This document shows, piece after piece, positions 1-10,911 of a stretch of 64,000 nt of DNA. Both the position numbers and the translations under genes were made by a program. Under the pieces are notes generated by a model, which saw only the letters and a list, made by a program, of their open reading frames with translations, was not told the DNA's origin and did no database searches. Source of the stretch: Diplonema japonicum (lineage: Eukaryota > Protista > Euglenozoa: Diplonemea); assembly GCA_964019335.1 (NCBI GenBank), contig OZ025648.1, positions 1,116,001-1,180,000 of the forward strand, in the 5' to 3' direction. Position 1 is the first letter of the stretch, and every line of letters starts with the position of its first letter.

Positions 1-436
1 CACACGAGCTCCATGTCTAGTTGTTTACAGTATTTTGAATTCATTTAAAGCTCCGGTTGCTTTTCCACAACGGAAGAGGGGAAAACAAAACAAAAAAAAA
101 GAGGAAGAAGAAAAAAAAAAAAAAGAAACATGAAAAAGAAAATTCTTCTTTCCTTCATCTTTTCTTTCGTCGGTAGCCATTCTACTTTTTTAGTTGTACT
201 TTTCAACGACGGGGGGAGGTAATTGTGTGCTTTCAGCCAACTGAAAAATCCCCCCCACCCCTACCCCCTGACTTCCTTCCCCATTCTTTACCCTGTTTCT
301 ATTCATTACCTATTTACAAGAACGGGCTTTATTTTTATTTTTTGACCTTTTGTCAGAATGAAAAACGAGGATCTGTACCTAAGCCAATGAGCAATGTGTT
401 ATTTCTTTTTTTTTTTTTTTCGGGAAAACCAACCTA

Positions 437-996
437 CACGGTAACCAAATAACTTTTTTCCACCGTCGCCTTCCAACCTCCAACTTTTTTTCCACCATCC
501 ACGGTAACCTGTAACTTTTTTTTCTACTTTTTACTGTAACTACCAACAATTTCCCTTATGCAACCACTAACTTTTTTTCCAGCGTCCACGGTAACCTCCG
601 ACATTTCTATGCCTCATTGGGGTTTGGTACGAAATGTAGCAAGGGGGCAAAACATGATGTCATGGCAAAAGAAAAGGAAAAAAGACCTTTTAAGAGAAAT
701 GGGTGACTACCCTGAGGACAGCACCTCGAAGAGTGATTGTGGCTGTGGCGCAGCAGTTGAGTTTCCGAGCCCTGGCTGTGCCTGCACGTTCCCAAGTGCA
801 CACAGACCTCCACCGTGGACGGTGGAAAAGAAGTTCTTACTTACAGGGTTTAGTGGAAATAAAAATAGGTTACCGTGGAGAGTGGAAAATTCTTACAAAA
901 AACCATTTGAGTGGAAAAAAAGTTGTAGGTTACCGTAAACAGTGGTGGAAATTCTGCTAACAGACTTGGGTGGAAAAAAGTCAACTGGTTACCGTG
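437..996. mobile_element. Non-autonomous TIR element (MITE/foldback-like, Tc1/mariner-type TA target site)
   Basis: Left 437-464 CACGGTAACCAAATAACTTTTTTCCACC matches the reverse complement of 969-996 (CACGGTAACCAGTTGACTTTTTTCCACC) at 25/28. Flanked by TA at 435-436 and 997-998. The core motif CACGGTAACC is repeated at ~500 and ~587 and inverted at ~868 and ~928. Confidence 0.8.
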
Positions 997-1144
997 TACG
1001 TTGTTTTTCTCTTTTTTTTTTTTTTAATATTTTCTTTTAGCAAGCAGCGGCCCAGTTCCTCTCTTTCTTTCTTTCTTTTTTCTATTTCTTTTTCATTTTC
1101 CATTTATCAATTTTCTTACAGGTTTCAAAAAAAAAAAAAAAAAA

Positions 1145-1333
1145 ATGCCCAAAATCGAGAACATAATGGCTGAGATAATGAACGAAGGACAGGAAGAAGA
1201 AGTGGCTAGGAATCTGGCCGAAGTACTGGTAAAGTTAGAACTACTCAAGAATCAGGTTCGCAGCAGGGCAGAGCGCAAAAGGGCAAGAGGGGCAATCTTG
1301 ATGATGAAGGAAGGCGAGAGAACATCGGGTTGA
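1145..1333 (+). CDS. Possible small charged/coiled-coil hypothetical protein (62 aa)
   Basis: ATG follows a pyrimidine tract plus ACAG (candidate trans-splice acceptor); coding-like purine-rich composition. No recognisable motif. Confidence 0.3.
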   Translation: MPKIENIMAEIMNEGQEEEVARNLAEVLVKLELLKNQVRSRAERKRARGAILMMKEGERTSG

Positions 1334-1754
1334 CCACGTCGTTCCTTTCTTTTTTTTAAAAGCTCTTAATTCTCAACCCTGTCTAAGGGTAACGGAATTG
1401 CCTTCGGGTATAGGCATTATAAACACGCTCCGAGGGGAAAAAGAAAAAAGTTTTTTTTTTTAAATTCCCCTTCTTCTCATGAGCAGAACTAATAACACCT
1501 TCTTCTTCTCTTTTTATTTAGAAAAAAAAAAAAAAAGAAGAAAGTTTTTTTTTTCACTATTTTGATAATGTAATTGTATTGGTGTCTGCGATGCTGTTCT
1601 CATACACATCTGGTAAATGGTCTTCCGCACGCTCGAAAGAATTCTAAAAAACGGTGCTAAAAAAAAGAGTGGTGATGGCATTGTTGGGGTGACCTTCTGC
1701 AAGTTGAACTCGACTACTGTGCATAATTAACCGATTTTTTTTTTCTTTTTATTA

Positions 1755-3048
1755 CCGGATTTGTATTTATATTGTTCAGTTTTAATAATGGTCTGGGGAT
1801 TTAGTGTACTGTATAAATTATGTACCTTTTTCGGATTTTGGACCCAACTTGGGACTTTTTACAGAACAATACAAAAAACTATTTTTATTATTTTTGGCCT
1901 GACCCCCCCCCCCCCCCCCCCAGGACAGGCCCCACTAAAATCAAAGGCACGTTTGTGGTGTACAAGATCTACTTTTTGGTTTCCATTTTCAAAACAAGGT
2001 ACGCAGACGCCCTGAAGGCCCAGATAAAGAAAGAGCGGAAAAGACACAGAAGAGAAGCCCTTCTGCTGTTGGTCCGGCTTCCCGTTAGTCCTGTTGCCGG
2101 TCCTGTGGTTTCTGTTGCCGGTCCCGTTGCTTCTGTTGCCAACCCCGTGGCCTCCCCTGCTGCCCCGACACCTTCACAGATTGCAAAATCAGCAATGCTA
2201 GAGGTTGACAAAAGGACAAAGATTATGCGTCCTTTTGTTCTTGCCTGGGTTACCGCAAGCTAACAATCCGGGCAGGGTTCGCTTACCTTTTTAACGATCT
2301 CCCACCCGGGTCTGCATCCGTGACCCCGCCCACTGAGGACGTTCCTGCGCCCTCGCCTGGCCCTCCGCCCCCGCCTTCCGAGGTCGAGCTGGTTCGAGAA
2401 GCTGGGTGCAGATGCAGGAGTTGACCCGATGGAGATTGATCCATTGGAGCCATTGGGACTGTCAGTCGACCCGGAACCAGCACCCGAAGACCCGGACATT
2501 GAGATCACTGAGATGTTCAGCAGGCTGGGCACCTCGACATAGAGGCCATTTCTGATGCGCCTTCTTCTGACGAAGAAGCAGAAGAAGAAATGCCTGACCA
2601 AGAAGCCTCAGCCCCAAGCCAAGCAGCGGCACCAAGCCAAGTGACCCCAAGCCAGCGAACGAACAACGTCACGAGGGTGCCCTGCCCCAACTGCAGCGCA
2701 ACCCTCAAGCAGGTTAGAAAGGAGACCAGTGTGGGAGTGCACGGAATGCTCTGGTGAGCATGAGCACCCGCGGGAGGGTCTGCCCGTCCTGTGACTATGT
2801 GGTGTGCTTTACGTGCAGGACTGGGCAATAGTGAACTAGAATTGCGGTAATACCACCCCCCCTCCCCGGCTGGGGTATTTTGTTTTTGTCTTGGGATTTT
2901 TTATTTTTAGGGATATTTTCTGGGATTTTTTTTATTTTTGCAATTTTTATGTTCTGTTTTAATGGTGTTCTGTAAATATTATGTACCTTTTTCGAATTTT
3001 TTTGCCCAATTTGGGACTTTTCACATAACAATATAAGTACAAATCCGG
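1755..3048. mobile_element. Internally deleted TIR DNA transposon (Tc1/mariner, pogo-like)
   Basis: 22-nt TIRs: CCGGATTTGTATTTATATTGTT (1755-1776) vs reverse complement of 3027-3048, 21/22 identical. TA on both sides (1753-54, 3049-50). Subterminal ~55-nt direct repeat at 1817-1871 and 2978-3033. Confidence 0.8.
1985..2831 (+). pseudogene. Frameshifted coding remnant inside the TIR element (possible transposase C-terminus plus Cys-rich finger)
   Basis: GC-rich coding-like sequence: IFKTRYADAL..., a stop at 2261-63, an acidic linker, then CPNC / CTEC / CPSC..CFTC spread over different frames. Confidence 0.5.
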
Positions 3049-3642
3049 TAAAAAAAATTATTTTTTTTGATCGTTTTTCTGGAAAGCGTACCACTTTACT
3101 ACACGAGGTACCCCCGCCATTTTTCTTTTTTGTGGGGGGGGAAACAAAGAAAGTTTGAAATTTTAAAAAAAAAAAAGAGACCGAATTCCTTTCTCTCCCC
3201 CCCCCTTTTTTTAGTTTCCCTCCCCTACTCAGATAACAAAAACAGCAAAATTGTGGCATTTTTTTTGTTTGTTTTCGGCAGTATTTCCTCCCTCTCGCTA
3301 CCTCTCATCCGTACCAACATACTGTACTTGCTGGCAGCATGCCACTATTCTTGTTTTGCTGAATTCAGGCTTTGCAAGAATATGCATCAGCCTGCGCCGA
3401 TTTGGTTCTTCTTCCTATTTTTTTTAAAAAAAGGAACAAACCAAGATATTTCCATTTTCCCTTGCTCCCTTTCCGCGCTCCCCATTCATTCCATACTCTG
3501 TGCTAGAGACATACCAGCAGCTTGTACTCGGGAATCGATTGAAGAAAGAAAAAAAAAAGAAAAAGAAAACGCTGTCTGCATTCTTTTTTTTTTCTCTTTT
3601 TTTTTTCTTCTTTAAGACCTCATAGCTCCAAAATGACTTTTC

Positions 3643-3676
<34 letters not shown>

Positions 3677-4279
3677 CAAGAGCTCGTCCGGGAAAAAGGG
3701 AAAAAGAGAACTACCCACCCAGCCTTTTTTTCCTTCTTTTTTTTTCTTTTTTTTGCAGAAGTCCAAACACAAGGGGAACGTTGGCCATGTGTTTTAGCCG
3801 GCACGCACACACAGCCAGTCCTCTTTGAGGGTTTTCAAAAGGTTTTTATGCCTACGGACTACCCAACAGGTAGGAACTAGTGGCAGAGCGACAAGTTTGT
3901 TTAAGATAAATAATGTTTTGCATGCACAAACGGGAGAAAGGTTTTCTTTCAGGTCTTTCCCGGACGAAGCTCATATGTATGCACTTTTTTTTTTTCCTCT
4001 TCCTTCCCTCTTCTATTTCTAGCTTTTCTTCTCTTTCAAACAAAAAGTGCCGTATTCCTTTCTTGTGTCCCACCTGTGTTCTGCGTTACCTACGCTTGGG
4101 ACCCACAAGGACACCCCTTACCCCACTTATCGAACGGCTGCATCACATTCGGTGCATGAAAGCAAGAAAAAAAAAAAAAGGTGTCGGCCGTCGGAGACGG
4201 TGCCCTTATTGCAACTCAATGTCTTTTTTTCCCCCTGCTTTTTTTTTCTTTTTTTTTCTTTTTTTTTTTCCCATCAACC

Positions 4280-5236
4280 ATGCCATCTACCCCCAGGGAC
4301 CGCAAGATGGCCGCGTTCCGCATGAAAGAAGTGCTCCCCCCACGGGCACTGGAGGAGATGGGTGTGATGGTTGTTGTGGACGTGGGTGCCATGTCCCTAG
4401 GGGGGGCTGACGACGTGCACACCAACATGCTGCAGCAAGGCTTGTGTGAAGTTGTCGGCTTTGAGGGCAACGAAGAGGAGTGCAAGGAAGCAAACGAAAA
4501 AGCCCTCAAAGCAGCAGGAGGGTGTGACAAGGTCAGCAAGGTGACCTTCTTCCCATACGTGGTGGGGAACGGGGAGGAAGTAGAATTCAAGGTCGGTGCT
4601 TGGTCGGCCACAAGCAGCATCTATGAACCGAACATGCAGCTTGTAACACAGTTCCAGACCCTTGCCTCTGTCATGCACACTGTGAAGCGAGCTAAGGTGC
4701 AGTCACGCAGGTTGGACGACATCTGGGAAAGCGAGGTCAAGAAGCCTGCGCTGGACTTCATCAAGCTCGATATACAAGGCGCCGAACTGCAGGTCCTGCA
4801 GGGCGCCACCAGCATCCTGAAGACGACCCTCGTTGTAGAGGTGGAGGTGGAGTTTGTGCAGCTATACCAGTCGCAGCCTTTGTTCGCAGACGTGGACACC
4901 TTCCTTCGGGGGCAGGGATTCACATTCCACCGCTTCACAAGCATACAGGGCCGTGCGGTGAAGCCCCTCTCCATCCCCAGCAATCCGCACGTCGGCACGC
5001 AGCATCTCTGGGGAGACGCTGTTTACGTCCGTGACCCGTTCAGTCCCACCTCTTCCCTCACTCCTTCGCAGCTCCTTCGCACTGCCACCATCCTCCACGA
5101 GTGCTACCAGTCCTACGACATCGCCCACCACTACCTCACGAAGTACGATGCCAAGTCGGATGCCGGTCCCCCTGCGGTGGCTCCTGTGTACCTTGAAGCA
5201 CTCACGCAGAGAGGCATCACTGAAGTTCGTTATTAA
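4280..5236 (+). CDS. FkbM-family SAM-dependent methyltransferase
   Basis: VVDVGA motif I, DFIKLDIQGAELQVLQGA, EVEFVQLYQSQPLFADVDTFLR, LWGDAVYVRD. Start placed at MPSTP after the T-rich leader. Confidence 0.9.
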   Translation: MPSTPRDRKMAAFRMKEVLPPRALEEMGVMVVVDVGAMSLGGADDVHTNMLQQGLCEVVGFEGNEEECKEANEKALKAAGGCDKVSKVTFFPYVVGNGEEVEFKVGAWSATSSIYEPNMQLVTQFQTLASVMHTVKRAKVQSRRLDDIWESEVKKPALDFIKLDIQGAELQVLQGATSILKTTLVVEVEVEFVQLYQSQPLFADVDTFLRGQGFTFHRFTSIQGRAVKPLSIPSNPHVGTQHLWGDAVYVRDPFSPTSSLTPSQLLRTATILHECYQSYDIAHHYLTKYDAKSDAGPPAVAPVYLEALTQRGITEVRY

Positions 5237-5379
5237 ATGAAGGTTGCTCTGAGCAACAGAGCAAGTACTTTTCTATTGAAAAGAAGAAAAGGGTTAGTAG
5301 CAGTTGAAACACATCGTTGCACTGCGTCCCCCTTCTCAAAGAGAACAAAAGAATTAAACCAGGAGGGGTAGAAAACAAA

Positions 5380-6834
5380 ATGTTGGGGGGGGCGGGGGTG
5401 ATGCAGCCCGTCAGCCATGCTAGCAGCACCATGCCAGGGCAGGCAGTGCACGTTTCTGGGGGCGGGGTGGGGAATGAGTCGGACCTCAAGGTGGACCCTA
5501 GGACAGGGCTGGACCTCGTGGATGTGCCATACGAGTACAAGAAGGACTTCTCCATGCTGGAGGGGTCATTGATGCATTGGTTTGGGAAGGTGCAGCTGGT
5601 GACAGTACGGAAGATGGACGGCAAGGAACGGTCTTCAAACAGGTTCCTGCTGCTTACCGACTTATGTGTGTACGTGCTGGAGGCAGGGGGGAACACCAGT
5701 AGGTGCGAGTCGATGAAAGACTTCAAAGAAATCGTGACCTCTCGAGCGAACGACATCGGGATCCACACCAAAGACGGCCCCCTGCGCTTCGACATCATGC
5801 TCCTGATGCAGGACCAGGCAGAGCGCGACAAGGTGGTGTCGATAATAAAAAAGGTCTTTGTGTTCCACAACAACCGCCCCCTCCCGCACCGCCACATCGA
5901 CCCCGTCGCCATGAAGGAGACGCTCATCCTGCGCAAGCCTGAAAACTGGCAGCTGGATATTAAAGCAGAGCAACATGTAATTTCGAAGAAGCTGCTGTTG
6001 CAACGCTTGGAGCTGCAGGAGAACGAGTACACGGCGGAGCAGAACCTCATCCAAGATGAGTTCGAGCGTGTCAAGGCAAAGCTGCAGAAGGATCTGGACA
6101 AGCAGATCAGGGAGAGGAACGAGGAGTTCGCGCAGTTCAAGAAGGAGTACCAGATCCTGCAGGAGGCGCACAACAACCTCATCGTCCAGTACGACGGGAT
6201 GGCGCAGGACATTAACGAGTACGTGCGAATGCTGAACGAGAAGGACATGGAGCTGGAGGAGTACCGGGCGGGGAACCACCCGAGGATCAAGCAGATGGAA
6301 CATGAGGTGGAGAAGCTCCACATGGAACGGGAGTACAAAGGCGAACAGCAAAAAGAAGGCGCTTCGCGACTACTGGCAGAACGAGAACAAGAAATACGGT
6401 ACCAGAACGAACTGTTGCGGCAGAGGGAAGACAACTGCAAGATGATGGAGGCACAACTTGCGAGGAAGGAGCAAGAGCTGGCCGTTTCCGATGGGTCGGT
6501 GAGAGAACGTGATGGGCTGTTGTTGTCGAAGCAGTCAGAGATCAAGGAGAAGGATGTCAAGCTTGCTGAAAAGGAACGCGAGCTTCGGTACACAAAAAAC
6601 CTCATGCGAGACACCTTCAGACGGCAATGCGAGGAGCTAGAGCTTATCAAATCGCAGTTCCAGCAGTACGATGATCAAATGGTGGCGTTCATCAAGCGGA
6701 CGGTCGCCGGTGGTGGGGGCACTCCGAGCAATCTCCCCCGTCCGCCATTCCACGCCACCACAACACCTCCCATCAACCCCGCCCTCGCTCCCTCGCAGCT
6801 TGTGTCGCCGTACTCGCTGTTTAAACAGTTCTAA
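5380..6834 (+). CDS. Hypothetical protein: PH-like N-terminal domain plus long coiled coil
   Basis: N-terminal beta-rich segment (VRKMDGKERSSNRFLLLTDLCVYVL) followed by ~250 aa of E/K/Q/R heptads; strong GC3 bias. Confidence 0.8.
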   Translation: MLGGAGVMQPVSHASSTMPGQAVHVSGGGVGNESDLKVDPRTGLDLVDVPYEYKKDFSMLEGSLMHWFGKVQLVTVRKMDGKERSSNRFLLLTDLCVYVLEAGGNTSRCESMKDFKEIVTSRANDIGIHTKDGPLRFDIMLLMQDQAERDKVVSIIKKVFVFHNNRPLPHRHIDPVAMKETLILRKPENWQLDIKAEQHVISKKLLLQRLELQENEYTAEQNLIQDEFERVKAKLQKDLDKQIRERNEEFAQFKKEYQILQEAHNNLIVQYDGMAQDINEYVRMLNEKDMELEEYRAGNHPRIKQMEHEVEKLHMEREYKGEQQKEGASRLLAEREQEIRYQNELLRQREDNCKMMEAQLARKEQELAVSDGSVRERDGLLLSKQSEIKEKDVKLAEKERELRYTKNLMRDTFRRQCEELELIKSQFQQYDDQMVAFIKRTVAGGGGTPSNLPRPPFHATTTPPINPALAPSQLVSPYSLFKQF

Positions 6835-7345
6835 AAAGATTCTGAAAGGAGGAAAGAAAGAAGAAGAAAAAAAAAGAAGAGGAAAAAAAAACGACATTTT
6901 GTTTCCATTCTTTTTTTTTAAACTTTTGTCTGAACCAAAAAAAAAAAAGGGAGGCGTCAAAAACTGTGTTTTAGGTTTCTAACCAAAGGCCACGTACAAA
7001 TAACGGCTAGTTCCTCTTTGCTGCACGGGAAGGCCGTGCGGGGAGTTTTTTTTTGTGTGTTTTCGTTTTTCTTTTTTAATGTTACCCCCCACCCCCCTAC
7101 ATTCACTAGAATTTCTATTTCTTTTTCTCTTCAAAAAGACATTTTTTTTTGATCCTTTCTTTTTTTTTTTTCCCTTTTTCATGATACGTTATGTACAAAC
7201 CCCCCTTTGTTACCCTTCTCCCCCCCCTTTTTTTTTTCCCTTTGGCTTGCGAAGCCAAAAGGAAAAGGGCACTTGCTCTTTATTTAGTTGTGCCAGACCA
7301 CCCTGCTGTGTCTCATCGATCCATACATTACATTAAAGGCACACA

Positions 7346-7960
7346 ATGAACGGGATAGAAATTATCGAGGTGGACGAGCTGGAGGTGTACAAGGTGCTGG
7401 GCGACGAAGGAACTATTGAAGAATTCGCAGATGCAAGGGCCCCTGGGATGCTTGTAGATTGGAGTGCTATTTATTTGCAATACAGTGAGGCGCACGCCTC
7501 GGGGACAGTGGGTTACCGGTGGGACCAGGGGTACAGCATAGCAAGGATGGATAAGGTTCTTCTTGGTGAGCTGAAGGTTATTGTGCTGAAAGACGCAATT
7601 TTCTCCGATGGGGAGATCACTGGCGAGGAGAAGGCGCAGGTCGTACGCGGGATGCTTGCATCGCAATGTGGTATTGAGGTTCCTACTAGTAGTCCCCTCA
7701 TGAGCGCTCTTGGTGAGATGGGGTACTGCCTTACCTGTGAGGAGACACCAGGGGAATGGGAGCTGGTGATCTCCCCCACCCTCCTCCTGCAGTCCACCAT
7801 AATGCAGAACATCACTTCAGAGTACCGCCCTAAGTACGGCGCCACTGCTTACTGGCGTGAAGACCCCGATGCACCATGGGGGCCCTACAACGAAAGCGAG
7901 CGTCTTGACCTCCCCACCCCCAGCCCTGCTTGGCTGGACGAAGTATTGATCAGAACGTGA
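7346..7960 (+). CDS. Hypothetical protein (204 aa)
   Basis: Coding-like composition between homopolymer-rich spacers; no family recognised. Confidence 0.65.
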   Translation: MNGIEIIEVDELEVYKVLGDEGTIEEFADARAPGMLVDWSAIYLQYSEAHASGTVGYRWDQGYSIARMDKVLLGELKVIVLKDAIFSDGEITGEEKAQVVRGMLASQCGIEVPTSSPLMSALGEMGYCLTCEETPGEWELVISPTLLLQSTIMQNITSEYRPKYGATAYWREDPDAPWGPYNESERLDLPTPSPAWLDEVLIRT

Positions 7961-7973
7961 AATACTTTTGAGG

Positions 7974-8004
<31 letters not shown>

Positions 8005-8087
8005 CTCATCTTCTTCCTTTTTTTTTTTTTCCTCCCTCCAAATTCCTCGCCGGGGAAAAACGTAATCTATCCTTTAACAATGGCGGG

Positions 8088-8120
<33 letters not shown>

Positions 8121-8169
8121 TATTTTCTTATTCTTTCCGTTTTGTATTTACTATCCCGTCCAGCAGGCC

Positions 8170-8394
8170 ATGCCCTCTAATGATATTGATGATGAGCTAG
8201 CTGACATCTTCTCGGGCCTTCTTAAGGGCGGTCTCATCCAAGAGCGGGATTTGATCCACGAGGGATTCACAGAAGAGGCAGAAGCGGTGATGTGCCGGGG
8301 GGACCCAGGGGGCAAGGGCGAAAAACGGAAGGACGACGAAGAGAAAGAGACACCAGTAGAAGACAGAAGTAGAAATAGAAAAAGACGCCAGTAG
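8170..8394 (+). CDS. Small acidic/basic hypothetical protein (74 aa)
   Basis: ATG after a pyrimidine tract plus CAG; coding-like composition; basic C-terminus RNRKRRQ. Confidence 0.4.
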   Translation: MPSNDIDDELADIFSGLLKGGLIQERDLIHEGFTEEAEAVMCRGDPGGKGEKRKDDEEKETPVEDRSRNRKRRQ

Positions 8395-8494
8395 CAAATA
8401 AAAAAATCCTCCCCCCTTTTTTTTTCCAAAAAAAAAAAAAGAAAACTTACAGGACTTCTTTAAAAAAGAAAAAGAGAAAAAAAAAAGAAAAAGG

Positions 8495-9163
8495 ATGTCT
8501 CAGGACCTCGGACAAATGTTCTCACAGATGCTAGGGTACGCTATCCTGGCAGGCAGCTTCTCTCTGAAGCTGCCGCAGATCATCAAGATTGCAAAGGCGG
8601 GGTCTGTTGATGGTGTGAGCGAGTTGACTACAATGATGGAAATTTTCATCTTCAGCACTTCATTCTTCTACGGGACAGTGAAGGGGTTGCCCTTGGAGAC
8701 CTACGGAGAGAACGGAATCTGCGGTGTGCAGTGTGTGCTGATGTTTCTGATGATCATGTACTACACAGGGAAGTTGTTCAACCCTCTGAGGCTTGGCTTC
8801 TTGGTGGCGCTCGCCGTGTACTCCAAGGCCTTCCTTGACGGTAAGTTCAACGGTGTTCTCCCCCAGCTTCCTGGTGACAAGGTGATGTACGAGTGGCTTT
8901 TCCTGTCGTTGATCCCCATTGGTGCCTTGTCCAAGATCCCTCAAATCGTTGCCTTCTTCAGGCAGAAGTCCACGGGCAATGCTGCCTTCCTCACTTGGTT
9001 CCTTGGCTTTGGCGGGTCCGCTGCACGTGTCTTCACCACATTCATGCAGGTCAATGACCCGGCTATGCTCTTCGCTTTTTCCCTCAACTCCGTCCTCGGG
9101 GCCATCATCGTGATGCAATTCGTCCTTTACTGGAAGCCTGAGGAGAAGCCCAAGAAGGAATAA
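8495..9163 (+). CDS. MPDU1: Mannose-P-dolichol utilization defect 1 (PQ-loop membrane protein)
   Basis: LGYAILAGSFSLKLPQIIKI, TYGE, second PQ loop KIPQIV...KSTG, GSAARVFTT, QFVLYW. Confidence 0.9.
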   Translation: MSQDLGQMFSQMLGYAILAGSFSLKLPQIIKIAKAGSVDGVSELTTMMEIFIFSTSFFYGTVKGLPLETYGENGICGVQCVLMFLMIMYYTGKLFNPLRLGFLVALAVYSKAFLDGKFNGVLPQLPGDKVMYEWLFLSLIPIGALSKIPQIVAFFRQKSTGNAAFLTWFLGFGGSAARVFTTFMQVNDPAMLFAFSLNSVLGAIIVMQFVLYWKPEEKPKKE

Positions 9164-9578
9164 AAAAAGAACAAAAAAAAAAAAAGATTTTTTGAGTGTT
9201 TTTTTTTCTTCTTCTTTTTTTTTTTTTTTTTCCCCTTCTTTTTTTTAAGGGTTGAAAAAGGAGAGGCGACAGCTCCTTTCAGCTTTCGACAGATTGCAGC
9301 AAGGGTCCCGGAACATGAAAAGAAAGGACAGATGTAGTGCACGTCGATTTTTTTGTTTTTTTTTTTCTTTCCTTTTTTTTTTATGATGGCCTTGTTCTTC
9401 TTTTTCTTCTTATTTTCCCGGGGGGGGGGGGGGGGGAATCTTTAAATGAAAATCTTACCCCCTTTTTTTTTATGACACAACACCCGCCACATGACTCACA
9501 TTCCCTCCTCACCCCCTTTTTTTTCGTGTTTCCTTTTCCCCCCAACATCAATTTTTTTTTATAGACATAAAAAGGGGG

Positions 9579-10362
9579 ATGTCCCCTCACAATATGTCGG
9601 GACACACAAGCAGTGCCAGTGCAAGGAGTGACGAGGGCTCAGACGTAGGGCTGACGGTGAAGAAGGATCTGTCATCGCAGCCATGTCCGTTCCCACGGTG
9701 TCACTGGGGAGCCGCCTGCAAGTATGACCACGGTGAGGTACAGAGAAAGGAGGAGGAGAAAGAAGAAGAAAACACAAAATGGTGCGGGCACTTCATGAAG
9801 GGAAAGTGCTTTTACGGCTCGGAGTGCAAGTTCGAGCACCCAACGGTGGATTTCAAAAAGAAGAAAAAGGTTACAAACGTGATTTGCAGGCATTACCTAG
9901 TAGCACTGACAAGTGGTGATAAGAGAGGGTGCACATTTGGAGACAATTGCAGATATCTGCACCAAGAAGAGCTCGACTCCCCACGTCCTGAAGAGGAACT
10001 ACTATTGGAGGCGGTGGGCCCTCCAATGGAGAGTGAGGAAAACACGGAACGGAAAAAGAAGAAGAGGCGAAGGAAGAAAAGGAAGAAGAAAAGGGGCGAC
10101 GGAGATGCCGATGACACCTTCTCCTGCAGCTCACCCCCTCCGCTCGAGAGCTCCGACTCTGAAATTCTCATGTCAGAGCACAACTACAAGCAGCAAATGT
10201 TACGCCTTGAACAGCAGTGGCTTGAGTACTTCCCAAGGGACGCTTCTGATGGAATGAGAAAGATGGTATGCTTAACTAGTTTTGTTCAAAATACACCATT
10301 TCCCTTAGGACGGACAAGTGAAGTCGGACTTAGCAAACCTGAAAGAAATCTTGGACGTGTGA
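9579..10362 (+). CDS. Triple CCCH zinc-finger protein (exons 9579-10265, 10309-10362); may be the 5' part of the downstream kinase gene
   Basis: CPFPRCHWGAACKYDH, CGHFMKGKCFYGSECKFEH, CRHY...CTFGDNCRYLH, followed by a polybasic NLS-like run. A GTATGC..TAG intron gives exon DGQVKSDLANLKEILDV*. Confidence 0.8.
10266..10308 (+). other. Spliceosomal intron, 43 nt, phase 0 (CCCH gene)
   Basis: GTATGC...CCCTTAG; AT-rich. Confidence 0.7.
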
Positions 10363-10748
10363 TGGTGCTAGTGCGCACAAGTACAAAAAATTCTTTTTTT
10401 CTTTTTATTTCCCTATTTCTCTCGCGCCTTCATCTTTTTTTTTTCTCTCTTTTTTTTCCCCCCCCCTCTCACTGTGGCAAGCTTTCCAGTGTGTAAAAGC
10501 TGAAGCCGTCGTTGAAGAGGGGGAAGAAAAAAAAAAGAGAAAAAGATAATTCAAAACAAAACAAAACAAAAAAGGAAGAAGCCAAAAGTGAGGTCGTTCT
10601 AAAAACTCATTTTTTTTTCTGTGACCAACAAAAAAAAGAGGGGGGGAATAAAAAGCAGTGCTCATGAGTAGCTGAGGAAAAGCAAAAGAGAAAAAAGAAA
10701 AAAAGAAAAATAATAATAACAAAAGATGTCCCGTTTTCTTTTTTTCTT

Positions 10749-10779
<31 letters not shown>

Positions 10780-10782
10780 TCT
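10749..10782. repeat. (CT)n microsatellite in a polypyrimidine tract
   Basis: Direct reading of the sequence. Confidence 0.9.
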
Positions 10783-10911
10783 TTTTGCTCTCTCTCCCCC
10801 CCCTCGCTCTTCTTAGGTTTTTCTTCTTTATTTTCTTTTTTAAAATTTATCATCCATCATCACCGTGTCACATCACTGACTAGGAAAACCCAAACAATTA
10901 AAAACAAACAG

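Noticed and set aside
430-1000. Interspersed short repeats resembling a CRISPR array
   Set aside because: The repeats are inverted between arms, irregularly spaced and in eukaryotic DNA with no cas genes; explained as a TIR element.
5217-6650. Long minus-strand ORFs (also 11307-12248, 13281-14219, 39893-40624)
   Set aside because: Antisense shadows of GC3-biased + strand genes; Ser/Phe/Leu-rich with no motifs.
10726-10911. Hydrophobic N-terminus of the kinase ORF resembling a signal peptide (PERK-like)
   Set aside because: It is translated (CT)n/polyT sequence; the RWD and HisRS-like domains indicate a cytosolic GCN2.
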